From an uncultured virus (IMG/VR IMGVR_UViG_3300045902_000133) (taxonomy: Duplodnaviria > Heunggongvirae > Uroviricota > Caudoviricetes), in IMG/VR virus record IMGVR_UViG_3300045902_000133: DNA of 64,000 bases, one strand, 5' to 3'. Under the pieces are notes generated by a model, which worked only from the letters and a program-made list of their open reading frames with translations, was not told the origin of the DNA and did not search any database. Each line of letters starts with the position of its first letter. Position 1 is the first letter of the stretch. Of this stretch, positions 30,912-40,275 are shown piece by piece. Position numbers and translations under genes: made by a program.

Positions 30912-32972
30912 ATGTTTGTACGCTCAAAGAAAATCGTAAATTTTGTCAATAAATTTCTATTGTTGTCCGAGTCTCTAACCGAGGCACCGGCATCAAATTT
31001 GCGTTTAAGTAAAGCAGCCGCATCGCGGGGTCTTGAACACTACGGAAACATATACTACGGTCCTAAGGGCAAGCGTGGTAAGGTTCCAGCTACCCACAAA
31101 TCCGTTGATGGAAAGATTGTTCCGCTCACAGCAAAAGAAAAACAACAAGCTGCAAGGGATTATGATGCGCAGGTAACACCAACGAAGAAGCCGGCATCAC
31201 GGTTAGCAGCCAAAGCAGCTAAACCGACCCCGACCGTCCAGCCAACCGCAAAGACTAACGCCGGAAAGGTACAAGCTATCAATATAAACATTGACAAGGT
31301 GCCTGGTTCCAAAAATCATCCGCTCCGTAAAGATCCGGTATTTTTGAAGTTCCTCCAGAATCCAACCAAGGCTGCCGCACAATACTTGCAAGACACATAC
31401 AATATGATGTTTAATAACAACAAGTTGTATGTTGGTACAATTATGGGGAAAGCTACTTCCGGAGATGCAGAACGTAAGCCGTTTGGCGAAAGTCCAGCCG
31501 GCCGAGAATTCGGTCGTTTGGTAGCAAAAGCAATCCGTGATTTGGGTGTAGACATTCCAGCTAAAGATCTTGATGCCCCCGCAGTCAGCAAAAAGAAGGG
31601 TAAAGAAGCGTTTAAAGCCACAAATCTATTTGGCAAAGACGCCGTACAACTCATCTCAGCCGAAGGATTTGACGGTGGAGTAAAAATTGGTAGTAGTGTA
31701 TTCTATGAAATAAAATATCCCCGGAATTTTATTGACCTTGTTATGGAAGAAGCTCGTAAAAAGCATCCAAACGCAACGGCAGAACAATTAAAAGAAGCAC
31801 GTAATATTGCAGAATCTTCAATAAAGATACATCGACATAAAATTGAAAAACTCAAACAAATTCAAAATTTACCTGCATACCGGTTTACTGGTATCGAAGG
31901 CACAAGGCAAATTACTACAGCACTAATAAATGCCATTCGTGATAATACAACAAATGATGATGACTTTCAAATGCTCATAGCTATTGTTAATGATATCTTT
32001 TATGCAAAAGACGTGAAAGATCTTTTTAAATCGTATGCCAAATTCATTAATAATGCACCACCGGAAATGTCAGCCGCGTTACCCTATGTGTCAGAAATCT
32101 TCTCAGCCATTCACCAAGTACACACTAAAGGTGAAGTTATTATTCCCGCAGATGATTCATACAAGTTAGTAGACATGATTGGATTGGGCAGTGATACTCC
32201 AACCAAAAATCCCATAGAGTTGGCTAATAAAATTAGTTTTGTATTGGTAGATACAGAAGATATTGAGCCCGAGTTTGATCTTGATCAAATTTCTGTATCT
32301 ACTAAGCTGGGCGAAGGCAGTGCAAGTTCGAATTATACCAAGTATGAAGAAACAGAATTTTATACCGATTATCGTGGTAAAAAATATACCAATGTAAAAA
32401 GCGATCTATTGGCTGTATCTCAACTTAGAAAAAGTTTATTCAGTAAGACAGAATCACAACCATTCCGAGATTCCAAGACACAAATATTTGCATTTGTCGA
32501 AAACTATAAAGACATTATTGCTGATTACTATGGATTGGATAGAAATATTGAAACAAAAAACATTGTAAAATTATTGAGTACCGGCAAACCACCAATTTGT
32601 GGTCCTAATGGATCCCCGGTGGCCGCGCCTGAATCGGCAGCGCTACTTAATGCCCATCCAGCTAATGCTGAATCGTGGCAACTCTGGAGTGTGTTGGGGT
32701 ATGCCACAGATGCTGTACACAATAAAATGGTAAACTTTCAAAATTATTCTACGCACGTTTATAAGAAAAATGGTGCAATTCATATTGCGGACGGATTATC
32801 AAAACTCAGTGCGTCAAAGTTCCAATTCTATAAAAATTTAAAAGATTTACCTGATGGTAATAAAATGCCGGACCAAGAACTTAATGCGTTCACAGTGCCG
32901 GCGACGCGCGCGAATATTAGAAATGGCAACCCATGTCAAAAAGACACAAAGATGAAAATAAAAAGGAGATAA
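30912..32972 (+). CDS. Large hypothetical protein, probable internal virion protein
   Basis: Follows a late-type TACTATTTAT motif. Its N-terminal module resembles that of 34264..35025. Confidence 0.6.
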   Translation: MFVRSKKIVNFVNKFLLLSESLTEAPASNLRLSKAAASRGLEHYGNIYYGPKGKRGKVPATHKSVDGKIVPLTAKEKQQAARDYDAQVTPTKKPASRLAAKAAKPTPTVQPTAKTNAGKVQAININIDKVPGSKNHPLRKDPVFLKFLQNPTKAAAQYLQDTYNMMFNNNKLYVGTIMGKATSGDAERKPFGESPAGREFGRLVAKAIRDLGVDIPAKDLDAPAVSKKKGKEAFKATNLFGKDAVQLISAEGFDGGVKIGSSVFYEIKYPRNFIDLVMEEARKKHPNATAEQLKEARNIAESSIKIHRHKIEKLKQIQNLPAYRFTGIEGTRQITTALINAIRDNTTNDDDFQMLIAIVNDIFYAKDVKDLFKSYAKFINNAPPEMSAALPYVSEIFSAIHQVHTKGEVIIPADDSYKLVDMIGLGSDTPTKNPIELANKISFVLVDTEDIEPEFDLDQISVSTKLGEGSASSNYTKYEETEFYTDYRGKKYTNVKSDLLAVSQLRKSLFSKTESQPFRDSKTQIFAFVENYKDIIADYYGLDRNIETKNIVKLLSTGKPPICGPNGSPVAAPESAALLNAHPANAESWQLWSVLGYATDAVHNKMVNFQNYSTHVYKKNGAIHIADGLSKLSASKFQFYKNLKDLPDGNKMPDQELNAFTVPATRANIRNGNPCQKDTKMKIKRR

Positions 32973-32974
32973 TC

Positions 32975-33661
32975 ATGTCTGATATATTAAAAAAGATTAC
33001 TATGGTGCCATTTGGAACACAACACTACATCAACGAAAATACAACCAAAAAGCAAATTTACATTCATCACACTGCAAGTTCTCCTGACCCATATGGTGTA
33101 ATTCGATGGTGGGAAAGCACGCCCGAGCGCGTAGCAACCAGTTTTATTATTGCGGGACATCCTGGTACTTCAACTCGATGGAAGGATGGAGATATCATTC
33201 AACTATTTAATAGTAGTAGATGGGCATGGCATTTAGGATTGAAACAAGTACATCTCCGTGTAGGTGGACCCAACGCATTATCCAATACACAACTCAATCG
33301 CGAAAGCATTGGTATTGAAATCTGTAATTGGGGTCAGTTGAAACAGACCGATAAGGGATTCATTAACTACGCCGGCGGCAGAGTTCCTGATGACCAGGTC
33401 GTAGAACTTGATCGTCCATATAAAGGATTTAAGTTTTACCAGAAGTATACCGACGCTCAGCTGGAGAACACCCGTGACCTCATTCGTTTCCTTGGGAACC
33501 GATGGAACATTCCCGTCAAATACAAGGGTGACCGTATTTTTGACATTTGCCCTGAGGCATTACGTGGAGATCCAGGTGTTTGGTCACACACTTCAGTTCG
33601 ACCCGACAAGTTTGATTGTTTTCCACAGAAAGAACTCATTCAGATGTTGAACAGTCTATAA
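32975..33661 (+). CDS. N-acetylmuramoyl-L-alanine amidase (endolysin-like)
   Basis: IYIHHTAS, WAWHLG, SIGIEICNWG, YTDAQ, SHTSVRPDKFDC. Confidence 0.85.
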   Translation: MSDILKKITMVPFGTQHYINENTTKKQIYIHHTASSPDPYGVIRWWESTPERVATSFIIAGHPGTSTRWKDGDIIQLFNSSRWAWHLGLKQVHLRVGGPNALSNTQLNRESIGIEICNWGQLKQTDKGFINYAGGRVPDDQVVELDRPYKGFKFYQKYTDAQLENTRDLIRFLGNRWNIPVKYKGDRIFDICPEALRGDPGVWSHTSVRPDKFDCFPQKELIQMLNSL

Positions 33662-33704
33662 GTTACTATTTATTACAGAATCACCTCTTTTTGAGAGATA
33701 TAGT

Positions 33705-34259
33705 ATGCCTATTCGTATGCTCGGGCTGGTAAATCTGAAGCCCATCAATGGAAACCCAAGCGCGTTTCAAGAAATGGTCCAGAACACAGAACGTGCATTA
33801 GGGCTGAAGTCTGAGGATCTTGACCCTGTAGGACAGGAAGACGATGATGTAGATAACGACGGTGACACGGATAGCTCTGACGCCTATCTCAAGAACCGTC
33901 GAAACGCGATCAGTAAGGCTATGAAGTCGGAGTCTATAAGTCGTAGTGACCTCAAGCGTATCATTAAAGAAGAATACGCAAAGTTGCAGGAAGAAATTGA
34001 AAAGACCAACAAAAAAATTGAAAAAGGTCTAGAAGAAATTCGTAAGGAATGTTTTACAGAAATGTTCAAGCGCGTTCGTGAACAAGGTAATAGCTTTGGA
34101 CCAGCCCTGGAAAAGCGTATGCACATCAATACCGTTGCCGAACTGCTCGAAGTTCAAATCAATGAACTCATGTTGTATTTCCTCAACAATGTTAAACACA
34201 CCAATGACCGTCACCTTGTAGAATATCGTCAAGGTCACGTTACATTTTACGCGAATTAA
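33705..34259 (+). CDS. Probable head/core-associated protein
   Basis: DLDPVGQEDDDVDNDGDTDSSDAYLKNRRNAI and LKRIIKEE motifs recalled from T4-like head-associated proteins. Late motif upstream. Confidence 0.55.
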   Translation: MPIRMLGLVNLKPINGNPSAFQEMVQNTERALGLKSEDLDPVGQEDDDVDNDGDTDSSDAYLKNRRNAISKAMKSESISRSDLKRIIKEEYAKLQEEIEKTNKKIEKGLEEIRKECFTEMFKRVREQGNSFGPALEKRMHINTVAELLEVQINELMLYFLNNVKHTNDRHLVEYRQGHVTFYAN

Positions 34260-34263
34260 TACC

Positions 34264-35025
34264 ATGACTAACGAACAAATTCGACAACGACTCCGAGAGA
34301 AGCTTCGACGTGTTAACGTTCGCATGGAAAGCAAGGCGAGCGAAGATGCAAAGAAGCTTGGTTTGGATTATATGAGCTTTGGCCGTTGGGGTAAGGATGG
34401 TAAAGTTACCCACAAGACCAAGAATGGTAAACTTGTTGCCTTGCAGCCGAACGATGCAAAGAAAGCAACAAACACGGAACCGAGTAATCCAAATCAAATG
34501 ATTGGACCCGACTCGCGGGTCAATGCTGTGCCGGATAAAATTAATAAACGTTTATCGACCGGCCAAGGTGAATATGAAATCAAGCATAAGGACGCCGCTC
34601 GTCAGTTGCCTGGCATGATTAAAACACTCATGCAAAAACACAAAGATGCCAGTATTAGCATTGAATCCGGTCCTGACGGATTCAAGTTACGTGTGGTACC
34701 TGTCGAACGCGGTCAACCCAAGAAATTGACCGTAGATGTGGGTCCGTTATCCATTGATCCCAAGGAAGGCAGTGTTACTCTAAATGGCGAACCGCTACAA
34801 TTGTCAAAGACGGAATCTAAGTTGCTCACTTATCTTGCTGGTAATCAGAATAAAGTTGTTTCTCGATCAACACTTCTTGATAAAGTATGGGGTGCCGCTC
34901 CCGATGTTCAGACACGTACCGTGGATATGCATGTGGCTCGACTAAAAAAGCGTCTCGGCCCCGCCGGCGGGATGCTACAAAGTGTTCGTGGTATGGGTTA
35001 TCGTATTGTTCCGCCGCAGAACTGA
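34264..35025 (+). CDS. Fusion of a phage N-terminal module and an OmpR/PhoB-type winged-helix DNA-binding domain, with no receiver domain
   Basis: C-terminus LQLSKTESKLL..L...VVSRSTLLDKVWG....TRTVDMHVARLKKRLG....LQSVRGMGYR is a Trans_reg_C pattern. The N-terminus lacks the receiver DD/D/K motifs. Confidence 0.85.
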   Translation: MTNEQIRQRLREKLRRVNVRMESKASEDAKKLGLDYMSFGRWGKDGKVTHKTKNGKLVALQPNDAKKATNTEPSNPNQMIGPDSRVNAVPDKINKRLSTGQGEYEIKHKDAARQLPGMIKTLMQKHKDASISIESGPDGFKLRVVPVERGQPKKLTVDVGPLSIDPKEGSVTLNGEPLQLSKTESKLLTYLAGNQNKVVSRSTLLDKVWGAAPDVQTRTVDMHVARLKKRLGPAGGMLQSVRGMGYRIVPPQN

Positions 35026-35118
35026 CTTGACAAAACAAACTCCATATAGTAACTTGAAGTAGTTTCCCACAACCAACGGGTCGTGGAACAAAGGATTAAA
35101 ACTAAAACGGGAGAATGC

Positions 35119-35241
35119 ATGAAGGTTATTTTGGAACCTACGATTACCGTCGTCGCAAGTACCCAGTTTCATGGTCACCCAGTTTACCAGATTCCATCTG
35201 ACGGAACTGACGCCGAGAAGCTGGGTAGTTTTGCCTCATAA
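35119..35241 (+). pseudogene. thyX: Orphan 5' fragment of thyX (40 codons)
   Basis: MKVILEPTITVVASTQFHGHPVYQIPSDGTDAEKLGSFAS* parallels the N-terminus of 35872..36696 at an offset of 753 bp. Confidence 0.85.
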
Positions 35242-35257
35242 CTAACTACTTATATAT

Positions 35258-35331
35258 GCCTGCAAGCACATAGTAAATTATCCCCATTAGTAGATATCCT
35301 CGCTTGCAGGCTTGGTATTGAACGTGGGGAT
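35258..35331 (+). ncRNA. Putative pseudoknotted leader RNA upstream of homing endonuclease (copy 2)
   Basis: GCCTGCAAGC/GCTTGCAGGC (35258-35267/35302-35311) crosses ATCCCCA/TGGGGAT (35280-35286/35325-35331). Confidence 0.6.
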
Positions 35332-35350
35332 TTTTTGTTTGGAATTTTGT

Positions 35351-35875
35351 ATGACACCCTTTACATATTATTTGTATCATAAACCCACCGGTAAAAAGTA
35401 TTATGGAGTTAGAACTGCAAAAGGATGTTGTCCCTCTGATTTATGGACTAAATATTTTAGTAGCTCTACGGTAGTTCATGATTTGATTAAAGAATATGGA
35501 ATGAATTCGTTTGAAGTGGAAGTTAGAAAAGTGTTCGATAATAAACGAGATGCAATTTTATGGGAGAGGAATGTCTTAATCAGATTAAAAGCTTCCAAGT
35601 CCGATCTATGGCTAAATAAACATAACGGTGGTGGGGCCGGATCTCACACAGAACAAACTAGAAAAAAGATAGCCAAAAATAATTCACGATACTGGCAAGG
35701 AAAAAAAAGGCCTGAATTATCAGAAAAATTGAAGGGTCACGAGGTATCAGAAGTAACAAAAGATAAAATAAGAAAATCTTTAAAAGGCATACCGCTTAAA
35801 GAAGAAACAAAACTAAAGATGAAAGGTAGAATACCGTGGAACAAAGGATTAAAACTAAAACGGGAGAATGCATGA
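35351..35875 (+). mobile_element. GIY-YIG-like homing endonuclease with NUMOD3 repeats
   Basis: FTYY...KKYYGVR...YFSSS...WE...LN, followed by HTEQTRKKI, SEVTKDKI and GRIPWNKG. Confidence 0.8.
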
Positions 35876-36696
35876 AGGTCATTTTGGAGCCCAGGGTTAC
35901 TATAGTAGCACACACTAAGTTCTACCCAACAGACAGATTTGAAATTCCAGAGGACGGCACAGATGCTGAGAAACTGGGTAGTTTTGCCGCAAAAGTGTGC
36001 TATGATAGCAGTGGAAAGCACGGCCGCAGTAATACCGACAATCAAACCGCAATTCTTGAGCATGGTCATGGATCAGTTCTTGAACACGCCACTGTGAGTT
36101 TTTTCATTGAAGGTATCACTCGCGGTCTTTCTCTTGAATTGAATCGTCACCGTCCATTTGCAATCAGTCAACGTTCAACGCGATATACTAAAGAAGAAGA
36201 TAGTGCTATTGTGCTTGAACCATATTATGCTGATCTGTTTCGTAAGCATAAGTTCGCGCGTGATTCCGTCCGTGGATGGATGCCTGCGAAGAAAGTCACG
36301 GATGACGAGTTGATCCCTGAGGTGGTTTTGGTCAAGGAATACCTTGATGGAGCCGAAAGAGCATTTAAGTTGTATGCAGAACAGGTGGCTGATCTTGAAA
36401 TGTTAAATCCCAACAATCTCACGGGATTTGATTTGCGTAAGTGGGCTCGTGGTAAGGCTCGTAACATTCTACCACATGGATTAGAGACGCGAGGCACTTG
36501 GACAATGAACTATCGAGCGCTTCGTTGGTTCATTGAGGCACGAAGCAATCGTCATGCCGAACCTGAAATTCGTCAGTTGGCTGATGTTTTGTTTACGGTG
36601 GTTCGACCACTTGCTCCAACTTATTTTAGTGACTTCAAACTCAACGCTGTCGTTGATGGCATCAGCGAATGGGTGCCTGATAATCATAAGGTATGA
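35872..36696 (+). CDS. thyX: Flavin-dependent thymidylate synthase
   Basis: GHGSVLEH, ELNRHR..SQRSTRY, AR..LP, NYR, R....AEPEIR. Confidence 0.92.
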   Translation: MKVILEPRVTIVAHTKFYPTDRFEIPEDGTDAEKLGSFAAKVCYDSSGKHGRSNTDNQTAILEHGHGSVLEHATVSFFIEGITRGLSLELNRHRPFAISQRSTRYTKEEDSAIVLEPYYADLFRKHKFARDSVRGWMPAKKVTDDELIPEVVLVKEYLDGAERAFKLYAEQVADLEMLNPNNLTGFDLRKWARGKARNILPHGLETRGTWTMNYRALRWFIEARSNRHAEPEIRQLADVLFTVVRPLAPTYFSDFKLNAVVDGISEWVPDNHKV

Positions 36697-36927
36697 CGAT
36701 GCGGCTTGATCCAGAAAAAGTACAAATAGAACAATTAATACGAGAGTCGGCCGAAAAAGAAAAACGTCTTCGTAAACTTGAACAAATTGTTAGAGACTAT
36801 GAAATGAAATTTCGCCACCTCGATGCAAGACTAAAACGAGTAGAAAATCGTGCAATAATGCGGCGTAAATAGACGTGTCAATCTTTATAGCGGTCCACAC
36901 TAATTATTGGTATTGGTGGAGGTCGCT

Positions 36928-37689
36928 ATGATAATTTACGAAATAAGAAATATAATAACTGATAGAAGATATATCGGTCAAACAAGACAGAAAGATCCAC
37001 AAAAACGACGCAGATATCACTACTGGACGTTAAACAAAAATATACATGTAAATGAATATTTACAACATTCGTGGAATAAATATGGTCAGAGTAAATTTGA
37101 GTTTAATGTTATTGATAGTGCTAATAGTTTAGAAGAGTTAAATAAAAAAGAACAACAGTGGATTGAAAAATATAGATCTATTAATTTATCGTATAATATG
37201 ACTATAGGCGGAGATGTTAGAGAATTTACAGAGGAAACTTTACAAAAATTGCGTATTAGCAGTACAAAAGCAATGGAATGTAAGCGTAGACCTATACCGG
37301 ATTTAATATCGCCCGATGGAACTGTATACACAAATTTAATTGGATTATCTGAATTTTGTAGAATCCATAATTTACGCAGAGCTAGACTACGCAAAGTAAT
37401 AAATGGTGATCAACACGAACATCGTGGATGGAAGTTAAAAGATCCGGTGTTAAAAGATCCAGAAATAAATAGAAAATATAAAAGTTCCGGTCCTAGGCCG
37501 CGAAAAAAGATAGTAGAAACATCAAAGAATTATAAAATTACAGATAATACAGGTAAAATTTATCAAACTTCAAATTTAAAAGAATTTGCAAGAAATATGA
37601 GTATACCATACCAATCGCTGACATTTTTAAAAAGAACGCAAACTCGCAATTCAAAAAATCTAAAAGGGTGGACGGTAGAACAGATTTAA
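36928..37689 (+). mobile_element. GIY-YIG homing endonuclease
   Basis: IIYEI.N...RYIGQT...H...LQ.SWNKYG...E...YN...GG, plus two SPDG/GW-type repeats. Confidence 0.85.
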
Positions 37690-37744
37690 AAAGAACGCAA
37701 ACTCGCAATTCAAAAAATCTAAAAGGGTGGACGGTAGAACAGAT
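37626..37744. repeat. Perfect 59-bp tandem duplication
   Basis: tttaaaaagaacgcaaactcgc...gacggtagaacagat occurs twice in tandem. Confidence 0.9.
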
Positions 37745-38338
37745 ATGATAGATCGCATATGTGTAAATTTTTTTTTTTTTTCGGGTCCGGGAAGTGGCAA
37801 GAGCACGGCTGCCGCGTCGTTATTTGTTAAGCTCAAGAAGCTACATGTAGACACCGAGTTGGTTGCCGAGTTTCCAAAAGACTTGGTGCTTGAGGGTAAT
37901 AAAACAGCATTGGCAAATCAAATCTATGTATTTGCCAATCAGTTGTATCGTGTTCAGTGTGCTTACAAAAATACACGGGTCGCTGTGGTAGATAGTCCGT
38001 TATTGTTATCGGCTATTTATAATCCAAATACCTCTGAGCATCTTGTGGATCTTGTACTGGAACAGCACAAACGACTGAATAATATGAACGTTTTTGTTCG
38101 TCGTGATGGTAATTATCCACACTCAATGATGGGACGCATCCATTCTCTTACCGAGAGTGTAAGTATTGATAATCAAATTATCAATCTGCTAGAACGTTAT
38201 GAAATCCCATTTGTCTATTATGATGAGTTAGGTGAAGATACTCTTATCGAACTGATTTGCGAGGAGATTGGGTATGTACCAACTGAAGATATACGACAAG
38301 GAGGATTGGCTACCAGGACCGTGGCAACAGGAACCTGA
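37745..38338 (+). CDS. P-loop kinase/NTPase (NadR/AAA_28-like)
   Basis: GPGSGKST, E.PKD, VVDSPLLLS. Confidence 0.75.
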   Translation: MIDRICVNFFFFSGPGSGKSTAAASLFVKLKKLHVDTELVAEFPKDLVLEGNKTALANQIYVFANQLYRVQCAYKNTRVAVVDSPLLLSAIYNPNTSEHLVDLVLEQHKRLNNMNVFVRRDGNYPHSMMGRIHSLTESVSIDNQIINLLERYEIPFVYYDELGEDTLIELICEEIGYVPTEDIRQGGLATRTVATGT

Positions 38339-38735
38339 TTGTGTTCGTTGGATAGACGAAACGACATCATTTGCCTGTGTTATGCATCGAATTCCCGACT
38401 GTGGTGCATGGCGTGCCTTTGTAGGTATTCCACCACAACATCCTGTTTATTTGACCAATAAAACACATACCGTATTTGAATTTGTTGATGTTCATAATAG
38501 TGTAAGTTTCGCGGGCATCGCACCCAGTGAAGATCTTTTTTTCAATCCGCCGATCCGCCGTTGGTGGATTGGATTCCACTTTATGGGTGAACATGACTTC
38601 AAACCAAAACGTATCGACCAAGCACATGTAGTCAATTATCGAGACATGAACTTTGCGATTCGAGAAACGAAAAGTCTCGCAAAGCAATTATATGATATGT
38701 ATGACCCCGATACGTTGAGTGAGTTAAATGCATGA
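38274..38735 (+). CDS. Hypothetical protein
   Basis: GPWQQEPD...VG.P..HP...VH...WWIGF pattern. GAGGAG RBS. Confidence 0.6.
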   Translation: MYQLKIYDKEDWLPGPWQQEPDCVRWIDETTSFACVMHRIPDCGAWRAFVGIPPQHPVYLTNKTHTVFEFVDVHNSVSFAGIAPSEDLFFNPPIRRWWIGFHFMGEHDFKPKRIDQAHVVNYRDMNFAIRETKSLAKQLYDMYDPDTLSELNA

Positions 38736-38979
38736 GCACGATGAACACGTCGAATGGCCTACATTGGATGTGAAACGTACCGGTGCATATTTATATGCAT
38801 CAAATGGCAAGATTGTGTGTGTTGTAAAACCCGATGGAACGCGAGAATGGTCGCCGGGAATGGAACATGAAACGATTTCATCGTGGGAAAGTTTCGGCGT
38901 ATACGATCCAATTCAACAAAAACAATTAGAAATTCAAATAGATAATATAATTCAACGATTTGTAACAAAACCCGCCTAA
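38728..38979 (+). CDS. Hypothetical protein
   Basis: Overlaps the upstream stop and is followed by a terminator. Confidence 0.5.
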   Translation: MHEHDEHVEWPTLDVKRTGAYLYASNGKIVCVVKPDGTREWSPGMEHETISSWESFGVYDPIQQKQLEIQIDNIIQRFVTKPA

Positions 38980-38993
38980 AAGCGGGTTTTTTT
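38967..38993 (+). terminator. Rho-independent terminator
   Basis: AAAACCCGC-CTAAAA-GCGGGTTTTTTT. Confidence 0.75.
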
Positions 38994-39075
38994 GTTACAT
39001 ATAGGGGATTGACTTCTTCGTTGTTATTGAGTAGTTTTAAGTTGTAATCATAAGACCAACCACCGAGGAATTACC

Positions 39076-40275
39076 GTGAACGCTACCGTAAACAAGAATC
39101 TCGTCGGAACCATTGTCAAGATCACTAAGGATGGCAGCCGTTATCATGCGATGAATACGAACGGCGATGATCTGACCGATTTGTTCGAGAGCTATCAGAT
39201 GGCCAGGGCATTCGAGGCAAATATGGCGCTCAAGGCCACAAAAGCTGCGAACGGTTTGCAGTGGCGTAAGGTCAGCATGGCCGAGTATGAGGCAGTGGCT
39301 AAGAATCACGCCACCCGAAATTTCAATGATCTGGAAATGGATCACAACAAGATCGTCAAGTTCATCACGAACGCAGCCGCAATTCGGCCACAATCGTACA
39401 AGATGAGCGACCTCAAGTGGCGATTTGCGATCCGCGCCGCAATGCGTGGCAAGAATATGATGGTTACTGGTCCGCAGGGTTGTGGTAAGACCGTGCTCGC
39501 ATTCACACTTTCCGAAGTGCTCAATCGTCCGATTTTCAATATTCCGCTCGGTTCCACACAGGATCCCCGCAGCGTGATTGTTGGTAACACGCATTTCCGG
39601 GAAGGCGAAGGTACGTTCGTGGCCGAATCGTATTTCGTAAATGCGATTAAGACGCCAAATGCCATCGTTCTTTTGGACGAGTTGACTCGCGCCCACCCCG
39701 ATGCGTGGAACCTGTTGATGCCCGTGCTCGACTACAAGCAGCGTTTCCTTCGTATTGATGAAGCACCCGATACGCCGACTATCGCGGTGGCACCCGGCGT
39801 GACATTTATCGCCACGGCAAACATCGGCCACTCGTTTACGGCAACGCGAACGCTCGATGCGGCACTTATGGATCGTTTCACTGTTATCGAAGTGGAGCCG
39901 CTCAATCGTGACGACGAATACAATCTACTCAAGGAACGTTTCCCTGAGGTCAATGATCGTCTGATTCAAGCGGTGGTCAATATCGCCAATGATATTCGCC
40001 GCGATGCGAAGTCGAATGACCCCAAGGTTAGCAACATCGTCAGCACTCGTATGACCATCGAAATCGCCGAGCTGTTGCATGATGGTTTCACGCTCGACGA
40101 GGCAGTGGAAGTTACGGTGTATCCCGCGTTCAGCGATGCGGGTGGCACGGATAGCGAACGCACATTCGTCAAGAGTATCGTACAGAAGCACATGCCGACT
40201 CGTCTCGATGATGTGAAGAGCCCGTTCACGCTGAACGATCCAAACGGCGAGGGCCTTCCCTGGGAATATCGGTAA
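39076..40275 (+). CDS. MoxR/CobS-like AAA+ ATPase
   Basis: GPQGCGKT, LLDELTR, FIATAN, LDAALMDRF, STR. Confidence 0.88.
   Translation: MNATVNKNLVGTIVKITKDGSRYHAMNTNGDDLTDLFESYQMARAFEANMALKATKAANGLQWRKVSMAEYEAVAKNHATRNFNDLEMDHNKIVKFITNAAAIRPQSYKMSDLKWRFAIRAAMRGKNMMVTGPQGCGKTVLAFTLSEVLNRPIFNIPLGSTQDPRSVIVGNTHFREGEGTFVAESYFVNAIKTPNAIVLLDELTRAHPDAWNLLMPVLDYKQRFLRIDEAPDTPTIAVAPGVTFIATANIGHSFTATRTLDAALMDRFTVIEVEPLNRDDEYNLLKERFPEVNDRLIQAVVNIANDIRRDAKSNDPKVSNIVSTRMTIEIAELLHDGFTLDEAVEVTVYPAFSDAGGTDSERTFVKSIVQKHMPTRLDDVKSPFTLNDPNGEGLPWEYR

Noticed and set aside
35236..35871. Group I intron in thyX
   Set aside because: No P/Q/R/S core is visible, and the downstream thyX is complete with its own start, so splicing is unnecessary.
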